64,000 nt of DNA from positions 616,119 to 680,118 of the forward strand of contig CAWGCS010000001.1 of assembly GCA_963821235.1 (NCBI GenBank), written 5' to 3'. The notes beneath the pieces were generated by a model. It had not been told where the DNA came from. It did not search any database and saw nothing but the letters and a program-made list of their open reading frames with translations. Origin of the DNA: an uncultured Chloroflexia bacterium (lineage in GTDB: Bacteria > Chloroflexota > Limnocylindria > Limnocylindrales > CSP1-4). Each line of letters begins with the position of its first letter. Position 1 is the stretch's first letter. Positions 24,012 to 36,948 of this stretch are shown piece after piece. A program made the position numbers and the translations under genes.

Positions 24012-24752
24012 TCACCCTGGCGGCGCGTCCGGGTCGTCGGCGAGCACGAGCCGCGCGCGGGTGATGGCGCGCACCTCCAGGGGTCCCGCCAGCGGAGGCG
24101 CGGGCGGCTCGCCGAGCGCGGCCATGACCTCCTCGGGGCGCCCCACCGCGTCCGTCGCCTGCCGCAGCCGCATGGCGAGCGTCACGCCGGCGCCGCCGGA
24201 GGCGCGGACGGAGAGGCCCAACAGCAGGGATCGCAGGTCGTAGGACGTCACCTTCTTCTCCCGCCGCCGCTCGCGCGGCAGCGTGGCCGCGGCCAGCAGG
24301 GCGAGCGCGGCCCCTTCGAGCGCCCAGCGGGGCGCCCCCGTGACGAGCACGCGGTAGTCGGCTGCCACGACAGCCGAGGGCGCCGAGGGCGCTCCCACCC
24401 AGACGTCGTGGAGGTCCACCAGGGACCAGCCCGGCGGGAGCGCGGTGCGGACCGCGTCGCGGACCACCGTGACGGGCAGCCGCTCGGTGAGGAGGATGTC
24501 GACGATCTCCCGCTCCCCGCTGATCCCCAGGGGGAGCGGCGCGGCGACCACGAACCGGCCGCGCCCGACCCCCTCCCCGGCCAGCGGAAGCCGGCTGGCC
24601 TCGAGGATCGCCGGCCAGGGCGAGCCGGCGGAGCCGTGCTCCGGCGGCGCGGCCACGGCCGGCATCGCCAGGAAGAGGCGCCAGCGCCGGCGGGCTGGCG
24701 CCGGACGGGCGGCGGCCGGCGCGTCGGGGGAAGGCTCGGTGGGGTTCGTCAC
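24012..24752 (-). CDS. DUF2344 / radical-SAM-associated protein (TIGR03936-like), divergent
   Basis: APLPLGISGERE..DI, ALPPGW, YDLR, GRPEEV; GTG 24752; the longer ORF-track call is a shadow frame. Confidence 0.7.
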   Translation of the reverse strand: MTNPTEPSPDAPAAARPAPARRRWRLFLAMPAVAAPPEHGSAGSPWPAILEASRLPLAGEGVGRGRFVVAAPLPLGISGEREIVDILLTERLPVTVVRDAVRTALPPGWSLVDLHDVWVGAPSAPSAVVAADYRVLVTGAPRWALEGAALALLAAATLPRERRREKKVTSYDLRSLLLGLSVRASGGAGVTLAMRLRQATDAVGRPEEVMAALGEPPAPPLAGPLEVRAITRARLVLADDPDAPPG

Positions 24753-24773
24753 GTCTGCTAGTCTGCCGGAACG

Positions 24774-26081
24774 ATGGAGGCTCCCGTCGCAACGCCCGCC
24801 CCTGCCGGCCTTCCGGTCCCATCGCGGCGGGTGCTCGTCCTGATCGGCGGGGCGCTCGTCCTGGCGACCGTCCTGTGGTTCGGCCGGGACGTCCTGGCGC
24901 CGTTCATCGTCGGCCTCCTGCTCGTCTACCTCCTCGACCCCGTCGTCGAGCGCCTGGCCCGGATCCGCGTCGCCGGCCGGGGAGCTCCGAGATGGTTCCT
25001 CATCCTGCTCGTCTACGTCGTCGTCGTCCTCGTCCTGGCCGAGCTGCTGCTCCTCCTGGTGGGCCCGCTCATCGAGCAGGTCCAGGCGTTCATCCAGGAT
25101 GCCCCCGGCTACCTGGAGACGGTGAACCAGCGCCTCTCCGAGGCGTTCTCGTGGTGGAACCGCCTCGACCTCCCGGCCGACGTCCGGGCGGCGATCGACC
25201 AGGCGCTCCGCGACCTCCCGGCCACGATCGCATCCTTCATCCCGTCGCTCGTGCGGCCGGTCTTCACCTCGGTCGTCGGGCTGGTCGGCTCCGTCTTCGG
25301 CTACCTCATCATCCCCGTCTGGGCCTTCTGGATCCTCAAGGATCGGCCGGCGATCACCCGCGCCTTCGACCGGGCGGTCCCGGCCCCGTGGCGCGCGGAC
25401 ACGTGGGCCACGCTGGGGATCGTCCGCCGCGTCTTCGGCTCCTGGATCCGCGGCCAGATCGTGCTGGGGCTGGTCGTCGGGATCGCCACGTTCATCGGCC
25501 TGGTCTTCCTCGGCGTCGCCGTCGACCCGGTCTTCGGCCGCTACTCCGTCCTCCTGGCGGTGATCGCCGGCGTCCTCGAGCTGCTGCCCATCATCGGCCC
25601 GATCATCGCCGCGATCCCGGCCGTCCTCCTGGGAGCCACCGCCGGCACGCCGGGGATCATCGCCGCGCTCGTCCTCTACTTCGCCATCCAGCAGCTGGAG
25701 AACAACATCCTCGTCCCCAAGATCCAGGGCGACGCCACCAACCTCCACCCGGCGGTCGTCATCTTCTCGCTCATCGTGGGCGGCGCGATCGCCGGCCTCC
25801 TCGGGGCGATCCTGGCCCTGCCGGTGGCGGCCACGATGCGGGACCTCTACATCTACGCCTTCCGCCGCGCCGGGGGCATGACGCCGGAGCAGGCGGCGAC
25901 GGGAAACGCCCGGACGTCCGACGAGGCGGTTCCGGCCGCGAGCCGGCGCCCGGCAGGCGCCGTGCCACCGGTCGGTTCGTCTGCGCCCCAGGCCACGCCG
26001 CCCGACTACCCGGTCACGCCGCCAACGCCCGACATCGAGGTCCGGCCGGCCAACGTCGAGGCAGAGCCTGTCGAGCCCTAG
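24774..26081 (+). CDS. AI-2E family transporter
   Basis: YLLDPVVERL, IRGQ, LPIIGP, QQLENNILVPKI, LHP. Confidence 0.92.
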   Translation: MEAPVATPAPAGLPVPSRRVLVLIGGALVLATVLWFGRDVLAPFIVGLLLVYLLDPVVERLARIRVAGRGAPRWFLILLVYVVVVLVLAELLLLLVGPLIEQVQAFIQDAPGYLETVNQRLSEAFSWWNRLDLPADVRAAIDQALRDLPATIASFIPSLVRPVFTSVVGLVGSVFGYLIIPVWAFWILKDRPAITRAFDRAVPAPWRADTWATLGIVRRVFGSWIRGQIVLGLVVGIATFIGLVFLGVAVDPVFGRYSVLLAVIAGVLELLPIIGPIIAAIPAVLLGATAGTPGIIAALVLYFAIQQLENNILVPKIQGDATNLHPAVVIFSLIVGGAIAGLLGAILALPVAATMRDLYIYAFRRAGGMTPEQAATGNARTSDEAVPAASRRPAGAVPPVGSSAPQATPPDYPVTPPTPDIEVRPANVEAEPVEP

Positions 26082-27340
26082 GCCGGCGCCGGTGCGGCCG
26101 GGCCGGCGCCCGCCGCGTCCGCCTCTGCCGCCGCCCGCGGGATCACCAGACCGAGCAGGACGGGCGCCGCGATCGTGGTCAGGACGACCGCCACGAGCAC
26201 CGCGCTGAAGAGGTCGGCGCTGAGCAGCCCGAGACCCAGGCCGAGGGTGACGACGACGATGCCGACCTCGCCGCGGGGCGCCATCCCGACGCCGACGGCC
26301 AGCGAGGCCCACGACCCGGCGGAGCGGGCCCCGATGATGCCGCCCAGCACCTTGGTGAGGATCCCGACGAGGGCGAGGACGACCGCGGCGACCGCCAGGC
26401 GCGGCTCGAGCAGCGCCCCGAGATCGAGCTGGGCGCCCGTCACCGCGAAGAAGAACGGGGCGAAGACCTGGGCCAGGGGCTGGATCTCGTGCTCGATCTC
26501 GTCCTGGGCCTCCGTCTCGGCGACGATCAGGCCCGCCACGAAGGCGCCGATGATCGCGGCCAGGCCGACGAAGCCGGCCAGGATCGCCAGCCCCAGCATC
26601 AGCATGAACCCGGGCACGAGGGGCGTGTCGGCGAAGAGGGGCCAGGTGAAGACCTCGCGGCCGACCCCCCGGGCACGCCGGGCGATCGCGAAGCCCAGGC
26701 CGACGAAGCCGAGCCCGCCGACGACGAGGCCGAGCGTCGCGATCGAGAGGTCGCCTTCGGCCGCGCCGGAGACGATCCCGATGAGGATGAGGGCGAGCAC
26801 GTCGTCGATGACGGCGGCCCCGATGATGATCCGGCTGAAGCGCCGGTCGAGGACCCCGAGCTCCGCCAGGACGCGGCTGGTGATCCCGATGCTCGTCGCG
26901 GCGAGGGCGAGTCCCACGAACGCCGCGGTGGCCGGCGACTCCCCGGTCAGCAGCGCGTAGGCCGACCCGGCGGCGATGGGGAAGACCACGCCCAGCACGG
27001 CGGTGACGGCGGCCGGCCGGCCCACCTGGAGTAGCTCGTCGGTCTTGATCTCGAGGCCAACCGCGAAGAGGAGGATCACGACCCCGATCTCGGCCAGGAC
27101 GTTCGCCGTCTCGCCCGGCACGACCAGGCCGAGGGCGAAGGGTCCGACCAGGAAGCCGCCCGCCAGCTCGCCGATGACGCCCGGCTGCCGCAGGCGCCGG
27201 AAGACCTCCTCGCCGACCTTCGCCGCGACGAAGAGGACGAAGAGCCCGACGATGATCTCGAGCGTTCCGGACGAGCCGGCCGCCTGGGGTGGCAGCGGGG
27301 CGGGGCGGGCGGGATCGAGCCCGACGAGGAGCGGGGTCAT
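26078..27340 (-). CDS. Cation:proton antiporter (CPA2)
   Basis: QPGVIGEL, ATSIGIT, AVIDD, PRGEVG. Confidence 0.9.
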   Translation of the reverse strand: MTPLLVGLDPARPAPLPPQAAGSSGTLEIIVGLFVLFVAAKVGEEVFRRLRQPGVIGELAGGFLVGPFALGLVVPGETANVLAEIGVVILLFAVGLEIKTDELLQVGRPAAVTAVLGVVFPIAAGSAYALLTGESPATAAFVGLALAATSIGITSRVLAELGVLDRRFSRIIIGAAVIDDVLALILIGIVSGAAEGDLSIATLGLVVGGLGFVGLGFAIARRARGVGREVFTWPLFADTPLVPGFMLMLGLAILAGFVGLAAIIGAFVAGLIVAETEAQDEIEHEIQPLAQVFAPFFFAVTGAQLDLGALLEPRLAVAAVVLALVGILTKVLGGIIGARSAGSWASLAVGVGMAPRGEVGIVVVTLGLGLGLLSADLFSAVLVAVVLTTIAAPVLLGLVIPRAAAEADAAGAGPAAPAPA

Positions 27341-27412
27341 GGCCGGGAACGATACCGGGCCGCTCGCCAGCGAGCTCCCGTCCGGGCCCGGTCGCCGACG
27401 GCGACCGGGCGG

Positions 27413-28573
27413 TCACCACTCGGCGCGGCGTTGCCGGATGGAGATGCTCTGCAGGACCCCCAGGCCGATGGCCATGCTGACCAGCGAGGACCCTCCGTGG
27501 GTGATGAACGGGAGCGGGATCCCCGTGATCGGCATGATCCCGAGGACCATCCCCACGTTGACAGTGATCTGGAAGAGGACCAGGGAGGCGATCCCCGCCC
27601 CGGCCATCAGGCCGAACGGGTCGCGCGACCGCCAGGCGATCGCCAGCACCCGCCAGATGAGGGCGGCGAAGAGCAGGAAGACGACGACGCAGCCGACGAA
27701 GCCGAGCTCCTCGGCCAGGATGGCGAAGACGAAGTCGGTCGTCTGGACCGGCAGGAGGTCCGCCTGGTTCTGGGCGCCGTTCGTGAGACCCGCTCCCAGC
27801 CATCCGCCCGCCGAGACCGCCTTCTGCGCGGTGAGCAGCTGGAACCCCGCGCCCAGGGGGTCCTTCGCCGGGTCGAGGAAGCTCGTCAGCCGCTCGCGCT
27901 GGTAGTCGTGCAGCACGTAGGTCCAGACGAGCGGCAGCGCGGCCAGCCCCGCCGCGCTCAGGGCCCCGAGCCAGCGGAGGCTGGCGCCCGCCATGAAGAG
28001 CATCCCGCCCAGGATGGCGAAGAAGACGAGGGACGTGCCGAGGTCCGGCTGGAGCATGACGAGGACCCACGGCGGGCCCATCACGAGGCAGGCGCCCAGG
28101 ATGGAGGTGAGCGAGTCCAGGCGCTTCTCGCGGTCGGCGAGGTAGCGGGCCAGGACGAGGATCATCAGGATCTTGGCGAGCTCGCTGAACTGGAACTGGA
28201 ACCCCAGGATGGAGATCCAGCGTGCCGACGCGGCGTCGGAGTCGCCAAGGGCCAGGGTGGCCGCCAGCAGGCCCAGGTTCACGAGGTAGATCGGCCAGGT
28301 GAGGGTGCGGAGCCAGCGATAGTCGAAGGCCGTCGAGACCGCGTAGACCACGAGGGCGATGCCCGCCCAGATGAGCCCGCGGGTGAAGGTCGTCCCGGCG
28401 ACGAGGGCCTCGCCGAGCTGGGCCGTCGTGTTGCTGTAGGCCATCGCCAGGCCGATCGCCGCCAGGAGCACCGCGTAGACCGTCAGCTGGATGTCGTAGT
28501 CGCGCCAGGCGACGCCGGACGTCCGGGCCGCGAGGCCGGTCGCGGCAGCCCGTTCGACGCGCAGGACGCCCAT
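27413..28573 (-). CDS. rodA: SEDS peptidoglycan glycosyltransferase RodA
   Basis: SELAK, QPDLGT, TDFVF..EELG, PITGIPLPF; follows PBP2. Confidence 0.92.
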   Translation of the reverse strand: MGVLRVERAAATGLAARTSGVAWRDYDIQLTVYAVLLAAIGLAMAYSNTTAQLGEALVAGTTFTRGLIWAGIALVVYAVSTAFDYRWLRTLTWPIYLVNLGLLAATLALGDSDAASARWISILGFQFQFSELAKILMILVLARYLADREKRLDSLTSILGACLVMGPPWVLVMLQPDLGTSLVFFAILGGMLFMAGASLRWLGALSAAGLAALPLVWTYVLHDYQRERLTSFLDPAKDPLGAGFQLLTAQKAVSAGGWLGAGLTNGAQNQADLLPVQTTDFVFAILAEELGFVGCVVVFLLFAALIWRVLAIAWRSRDPFGLMAGAGIASLVLFQITVNVGMVLGIMPITGIPLPFITHGGSSLVSMAIGLGVLQSISIRQRRAEW

Positions 28574-30501
28574 CAGGTGCGGCCCTGGTAGAAGTTGGTC
28601 CGCTTGAGGAGCTGGGGAAGGCGGTAGTCCTGGTCGATCTTGTAGTGGAGCTGGAGGTAGTACTTGGCGACCTCGGTCGCCACGTTGCCGAGCGTCCGCG
28701 AGTCGTAGGTGAAGACCGCGAACGCGAGCTGCGAGTCGGGCTTGGAGACGTCGCCGGTGGGGTTGTCCTTCACCCAGGCGTTCTTCGGGACGAAGCCGGC
28801 GAACCAGTGGCTGTAGGGGAGCACGCCGTTCTTGTCGCGGACCCCGAACTCCGCGGTGCCCGTCTTGCCGGCCACGACGATCGGGAGATCCACCAGGTTG
28901 TACGTGTGACGGCTGGTGACGACGCGCCTGGCTGCCTTGCGCATGGCCGTGAGGACGGAGGCAGGAGCCTTCATCTTGCGGATCAGCTTCGGCTCGAAGG
29001 GGCGCACGACCGTCCCGTCCGGGGCCCGCACCTCGCGGACCACCTGGGGCTGGTAGAGCTTCCCGCCGTTCGCCAGCGCCGCGTACGCGTTGGCCAGCTG
29101 GAGGACGGTTGCCAGGTCATAGCCCTGCCCGATCCCGGCCTGGAGGACCTCGCCGCCGTAGACCTGCTGGCCGAAGGTGTCCATCTTCCACTGCTCGGTC
29201 GGGACGAGGCCGGCGGACTCGTTGGGCAGGTCGATCCCGGTCGTGCGCCCGAAGCCAAACTGGCGAGCCCAGTAGGCGAGGCGGTCCATCCCGACCTGCT
29301 GGGCGAGCTGGTAGAAGAAGGTGTCGCTCGAGTGGCCGAAGCCGTCGTAGATGTCGAGCGGGCCCCACCCCTGGCGGTTCCACTCCCAGAACTTCGTCTG
29401 GCCCAGCTGGACGTACGGCTTGCTCAGGACGGTGGAGGTGGTGGTGATGACCTTGTCGGCCAGCGCCGCCGTGCCGGTCACGAGCTTGTACGTGGAGCCC
29501 GGTGGCTGGATGTCCCCGATGGCGTGGTTGATGAGGGGCTTGTTCGGGTCGTCGAGGAGCTTCTTGAACTGGGCGTCCGAGATCCCCCGCGAGAAGAGGT
29601 TGGCGTCGTAGGTCGGGTAGCTGACCATGGCCAGCACCTCGCCCGTCTGGGGGTTCAGGACGACCATCGCGCCGCGCTTGAGGTTGGCCTTCTCGAGGCC
29701 CCACAGGAGGGCCTTCTCGGCCAGCTCCTGCTCCTTCGTGTCGATGGTCAGCACGAGCGAGCTGCCGGCGGTCGGCGGGGTCTCCGTGCCGACGACGCGG
29801 ACCGTCCGGCCGGTGGCGTCCTTCTCGACGCGCTGGGTGCCGTACGTGCCGCGGAGCTCCTTCTCGTAGGTGAGCTCGACGCCCGCCTTCCCGATCCGGT
29901 CGTCGGCGAGGTAGCCGGACCCCTTGAGCTCCGCGTAGCCCTCGGCCGAGACCGGTCCCGTGTAGCCGACGATCTGGGTCATCAGGGTGCCGCTCAGGTA
30001 GTCGCGCCGAGGCTCGACCGTGACTTCCACGCCGGGAAGGGTCAGGCCATCCTCGGAGATCAGCCGCGCCGTGGCCTCGGGGACGTCGTGGGCGATGGCC
30101 ACGGCGTCGAAGCGCGAGGTCGCCCCCGCGTCGATCGTCGCGTTGATCGTGCCCGGCGTCGTGTCGAGGAGGCCGGCGAGCCGCTCGACGACCTCCGGCC
30201 GCCGCGAGAGGGGGAGGTCGGCCGGTCGCACGCGGACGGTGAAGGTCGGCACGTTCTCGACGAGGGGGCGCCCGGCCCGGTCATAGATGAGGCCCCGCGT
30301 GGAGGCGATCGGCTCGAGGGCCGTCGATCGCGACTCCCCGACCGGCGCAGCGGGCACCGCGCCGGTCGTGCCGCTGTCGGCCAGCTGCATCGACGAGAGG
30401 CGGAGCGTCAGGCCGCTGAGCACGACGACCACGGCGATGCCGAAGATGACGAAGCGCCCGGGTCGGCGCTCGCGGGCGAGGGGCTGCTCGATGACGCTCA
30501 C
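28573..30501 (-). CDS. mrdA: Penicillin-binding protein 2
   Basis: RGLIYDR, STYK (SxxK), SSD, KTG; GTG 30501 overlaps the mreD stop. Confidence 0.92.
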   Translation of the reverse strand: MSVIEQPLARERRPGRFVIFGIAVVVVLSGLTLRLSSMQLADSGTTGAVPAAPVGESRSTALEPIASTRGLIYDRAGRPLVENVPTFTVRVRPADLPLSRRPEVVERLAGLLDTTPGTINATIDAGATSRFDAVAIAHDVPEATARLISEDGLTLPGVEVTVEPRRDYLSGTLMTQIVGYTGPVSAEGYAELKGSGYLADDRIGKAGVELTYEKELRGTYGTQRVEKDATGRTVRVVGTETPPTAGSSLVLTIDTKEQELAEKALLWGLEKANLKRGAMVVLNPQTGEVLAMVSYPTYDANLFSRGISDAQFKKLLDDPNKPLINHAIGDIQPPGSTYKLVTGTAALADKVITTTSTVLSKPYVQLGQTKFWEWNRQGWGPLDIYDGFGHSSDTFFYQLAQQVGMDRLAYWARQFGFGRTTGIDLPNESAGLVPTEQWKMDTFGQQVYGGEVLQAGIGQGYDLATVLQLANAYAALANGGKLYQPQVVREVRAPDGTVVRPFEPKLIRKMKAPASVLTAMRKAARRVVTSRHTYNLVDLPIVVAGKTGTAEFGVRDKNGVLPYSHWFAGFVPKNAWVKDNPTGDVSKPDSQLAFAVFTYDSRTLGNVATEVAKYYLQLHYKIDQDYRLPQLLKRTNFYQGRT

Positions 30502-31004
30502 CAGTCCACCCGCTCGGCTTCGTCGACGCGAGCCCGCCGCCCCACGGCGAGGGCAAGAGGTGCGGCGAGGGCGGCGACCACCGCCGCGAGGAGCGCCGAG
30601 GTCGCGACGCCGGCCATGGGATCCACGCCCGCGGGGACGGCGCGGAGGGCCCGGTAGACGATGACGGTCAGCGGGCTGGCGATCGCGGCCAGCACCGTGG
30701 CCGTCGCGACGACGACCGGATACGGCGCGCGCGTGAGCATGCGACCCAGCGCCCAGGCGGCGCCGACGGCCAGGAGGTCGATGAACGCGGTCAGCCCCAG
30801 CGGCCGCATCAGCAGTACGTCGATGACCAGCCCTCCGAGGAAGGCCCACACGAGGCCACCCTCGAGGCCCAGCGCCATCGTCCACACGACGGCGATGACG
30901 AGGACGAGATCGAGGCCACCGCCGCCGGGAGCGGCGAACGGCAGGATGGTTGCCTGGACGAGCGCAGCCACTGCGGCACCGACCGCGGCGAGAACCAGGC
31001 TCAA
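30498..31004 (-). CDS. mreD: Rod-shape determining protein MreD
   Basis: Hydrophobic protein with DLVLV..W, GLVWAFLGGLVIDVL..PLG; TTG start with GAGGAA SD. Confidence 0.8.
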   Translation of the reverse strand: MSLVLAAVGAAVAALVQATILPFAAPGGGGLDLVLVIAVVWTMALGLEGGLVWAFLGGLVIDVLLMRPLGLTAFIDLLAVGAAWALGRMLTRAPYPVVVATATVLAAIASPLTVIVYRALRAVPAGVDPMAGVATSALLAAVVAALAAPLALAVGRRARVDEAERVDW

Positions 31005-31227
31005 GACGGTCGTTTCCTCAGTTCGCCCGCGGGCGCCGGAGCGACCCGGTCGGACCACGGGGTCTGCCGGCCGAGTATACCGACCCCCCTCGAACTCGGG
31101 CAATGGACGGCCGGCCGTCGATCCGAAGCAGCACAAAGGTGCCGGAGGCTGGGCGGCAGGCGCGGTCGCGGCCGATCCGAAGGGGCGCGGGCATGCCCGA
31201 CGCGGGCCGGGCGCCGTGTGCTCGGGC

Positions 31228-31302
31228 CGTGGCCCCGTCTTCCGTGGCTCGTGGCCCGTCTTCCGTGGCTCGTGGCCCCGTCTTCCGTGGCTCGTGGCCC
31301 GT
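31228..31302. repeat. 21-22-bp tandem repeat, about 3.5 copies
   Basis: CGTGGCCC(C)GTCTTCCGTGGCT repeated in the mreD-parA intergenic region. Confidence 0.9.
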
Positions 31303-31526
31303 GACCGGCGCGACGGTCGCCCCCGATCTCGGTGCCGCCTGGGCGCGCGGCGCAGGCGGTCCAGTCCCCGGGCGGCTGCCGCTCGCCGATCCGCCGGTCG
31401 ACGGGGACGGTGTCGTCGCGGGTCACCCGCGGATTGCCCGCGTGCGTGGACTCTCCTTCGCGCCGAGGCGCCGCAACGCGGCACAGCTCCCGGCAGGTCA
31501 CGGTAGGTGAAGGCGGCCGCTGGGTA

Positions 31527-31542
31527 TGTTTCACGTGAAACG
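31527..31542. promoter_or_regulatory. parS: parS centromere-like site
   Basis: TGTTTCACGTGAAACG matches 15/16 of consensus TGTTTCACGTGAAACA, ~280 bp upstream of parA. Confidence 0.9.
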
Positions 31543-31823
31543 GAGCGCCGGGGGGGCCGGGAAGCCGCGGTTGAGCCCCAGGTGAGCCTCGCGTGCCAGA
31601 CTCGACCCGGCCCTTCGCACGGCACCGCACAGGCAGCGGCGGCCCGAGTTCCATGAGGTCGCTCGAGGGACGCTCCGCGGTGGCCGATGGACCGCCCAGC
31701 CGAGCGGCGATCGATCGTCATGGACGCTCGCCGGACAGGCGACGAGGGGATGCCGCCAGAGGAAGGATCAGGCCCGCAATGGTAGACTTCACGATCGTGA
31801 TCCCTGCTCAGACTGGTCGGTAA

Positions 31824-32608
31824 GTGGGCCAGACGATCGCCTGCGCCAACCAGAAGGGCGGCGTCGGGAAGACCACCACCGTCGTCAACGTCGCCGCCTA
31901 CCTCGCGGCGGATGGGGCGCACGTTCTCGTTGTCGACCTGGACCCACAGGGCAACGCCACGAGCGGCCTCGGCGCCTCCCGAGCCGAGGATGGTCGGTCC
32001 GTCTACGACGCCCTCATCGGCAACGTGCCGCTGTCCGACCTCGCCAGTCCGACGGAGATCGCCGGGCTCGAGCTGATCCCGTCGTCGATCGCCCTCGCCG
32101 GCGCTGAGGTCGAGCTGGCTGGTCTGCCCCAGCGAGAGCGACGCCTGGCGCGGCTCCTTCCCGCGATCGCGGGCCAGTACGACTACGTCTTCCTCGATTG
32201 CCCGCCGTCGCTCGGCCTGCTCACCGTCAATGCCCTCACGGCGGCGGACGCCGTGCTGGTCCCCCTGCAGTGCGAGTACTACGCCCTCGAGGGCCTCAGT
32301 CAGCTCATCGCCACGATCCACCTCATCAGGGACAACCTGAACCCGTCACTGGCGGTGAACGGCGTGGTGCTCACCATGTTCGACGCCCGCACGAACCTCT
32401 CTGCCGAGGTCGCCTCCGAGGTTCGCCGGCACCTCGCCGACGCGGTCTACGAGACGGTTGTGCCGAGAAGCGTCCGGCTCGCCGAGGCGCCCAGCCACGG
32501 TCGGCCGATCGCCCAGTACGCCCCCGAGAGCCGCGGCGCCGCGGCCTACCGAGCCCTCGCCACGGAGCTCCGCGGCCGTCACGCCCGTGCCGCGGCGGGG
32601 AGCGTGGC

Positions 32609-32612
<4 letters not shown>
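31824..32612 (+). CDS. parA: Chromosome partitioning ATPase ParA/Soj
   Basis: NQKGGVGKTTT, DLDPQGNA, DCPPSLG, QCEYYALEG. Confidence 0.96.
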
Positions 32613-35928
<3,316 letters not shown>

Positions 35929-35932
<4 letters not shown>

Positions 35933-36903
35933 CCGCCGCCACGGCGGACCGCCCGGCAAGCGCCGCCACCGCGGCGGCCCGCGCGCTCGTGGCGGACCGC
36001 CTGCCCGCGGCGCGGACCCTCGGTGCGGGCCTCGCCGACGAGATCGACGATCCCGCCGCCTTCGTCGCCGCGGCCCGCGACCGCCTTGGCACCATCGCCG
36101 ACCCCGCCTGCCGCGACGGCCAGCGCCTCGTCGCGCCGGGGATCGGGCCGACCCTCGGCATCCGCCAGCCCCTCCTCGGGGCGGTCATGGCCGGGCTGCG
36201 CCATGCGCTGCGCGGCGTCCGACCCGCGCGCATCCTGGTCGTCGCCGACGCGCTCGCCAGGGACGAGGTCCGGGAGCTGCGCTGGATCGCGATCGGCCTC
36301 CTCCGCCTCGTCCTCGCCCAGGACCCGGAGCGAGCCTGGCAGGTGCTTCGCCGCATCGGGCGGGAGGCGGACGACTGGATCACCGTGGACACGCTGGCCG
36401 GCGCCGCTGCCGCCGGGATCGTGGGCGAGCCCTATCGCTGGGCAGAGCTCGAGCAGCTCGTCTTCAGCCCCATCCGCTGGGAGCGACGGCTCGTCGGATC
36501 GACGATCGCCACGATCCCGCACGTCGACCACCGTGCCGGGCGTACCGAAGAGGTGATCGGCCGCAGCCTCGAGCTCGTCGGCCAGCTCATCGGCGACCCG
36601 GAACCCGACGTCCAGAAGGCCCTGTCGTGGGCGCTGCGCGAGGTAGCCCGGATCGACGCCGCGCGGGTGGCCGCGTTCTGCCGCGCCGAGGCGGAACGGG
36701 CCGCGGCGACCGACGACGGCCACCGGGCCTGGGTCCTCCGCGACACGCTGGCCAGGCTCCCGGACGCCGATGCCGACGCCGTCCGCTCGGCGCTGCAGGG
36801 GATCCGCCGCCGGCCGGGCGCCCCGTCCACCTCGATCGCCGCGGCCACCGCGACCGCCTTCGCCTCCGCGGGCCTCGGGCGCCGGCTCCTCGAGGCTCCC
36901 TGA
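35929..36903 (+). CDS. AlkD-like DNA alkylation repair protein
   Basis: DDWITVDTLA, WERR, VQKALSWALRE HEAT-like motifs. Confidence 0.8.
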
Positions 36904-36948
36904 CATGAGCCGCCGCCCCGCCGCCGACGACAGCCGGAGAACGCGACC

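Noticed and set aside
24012-28070. 1352-aa ORF and other very long alternative-frame ORFs (e.g. 17664-20837, 35833-39192, 40922-43942)
   Set aside because: Antisense or off-frame shadows of real genes in high-GC DNA, with no motifs; only the last 246 aa of this one is credible
31228-31302. CRISPR array
   Set aside because: Repeats are contiguous with no unique spacers and no cas genes; the same applies to 47196-47249
31005-31823. Possible oriC at the strand switch near parS
   Set aside because: No DnaA boxes (TTATCCACA-like), no AT-rich unwinding element and no dnaA in the window
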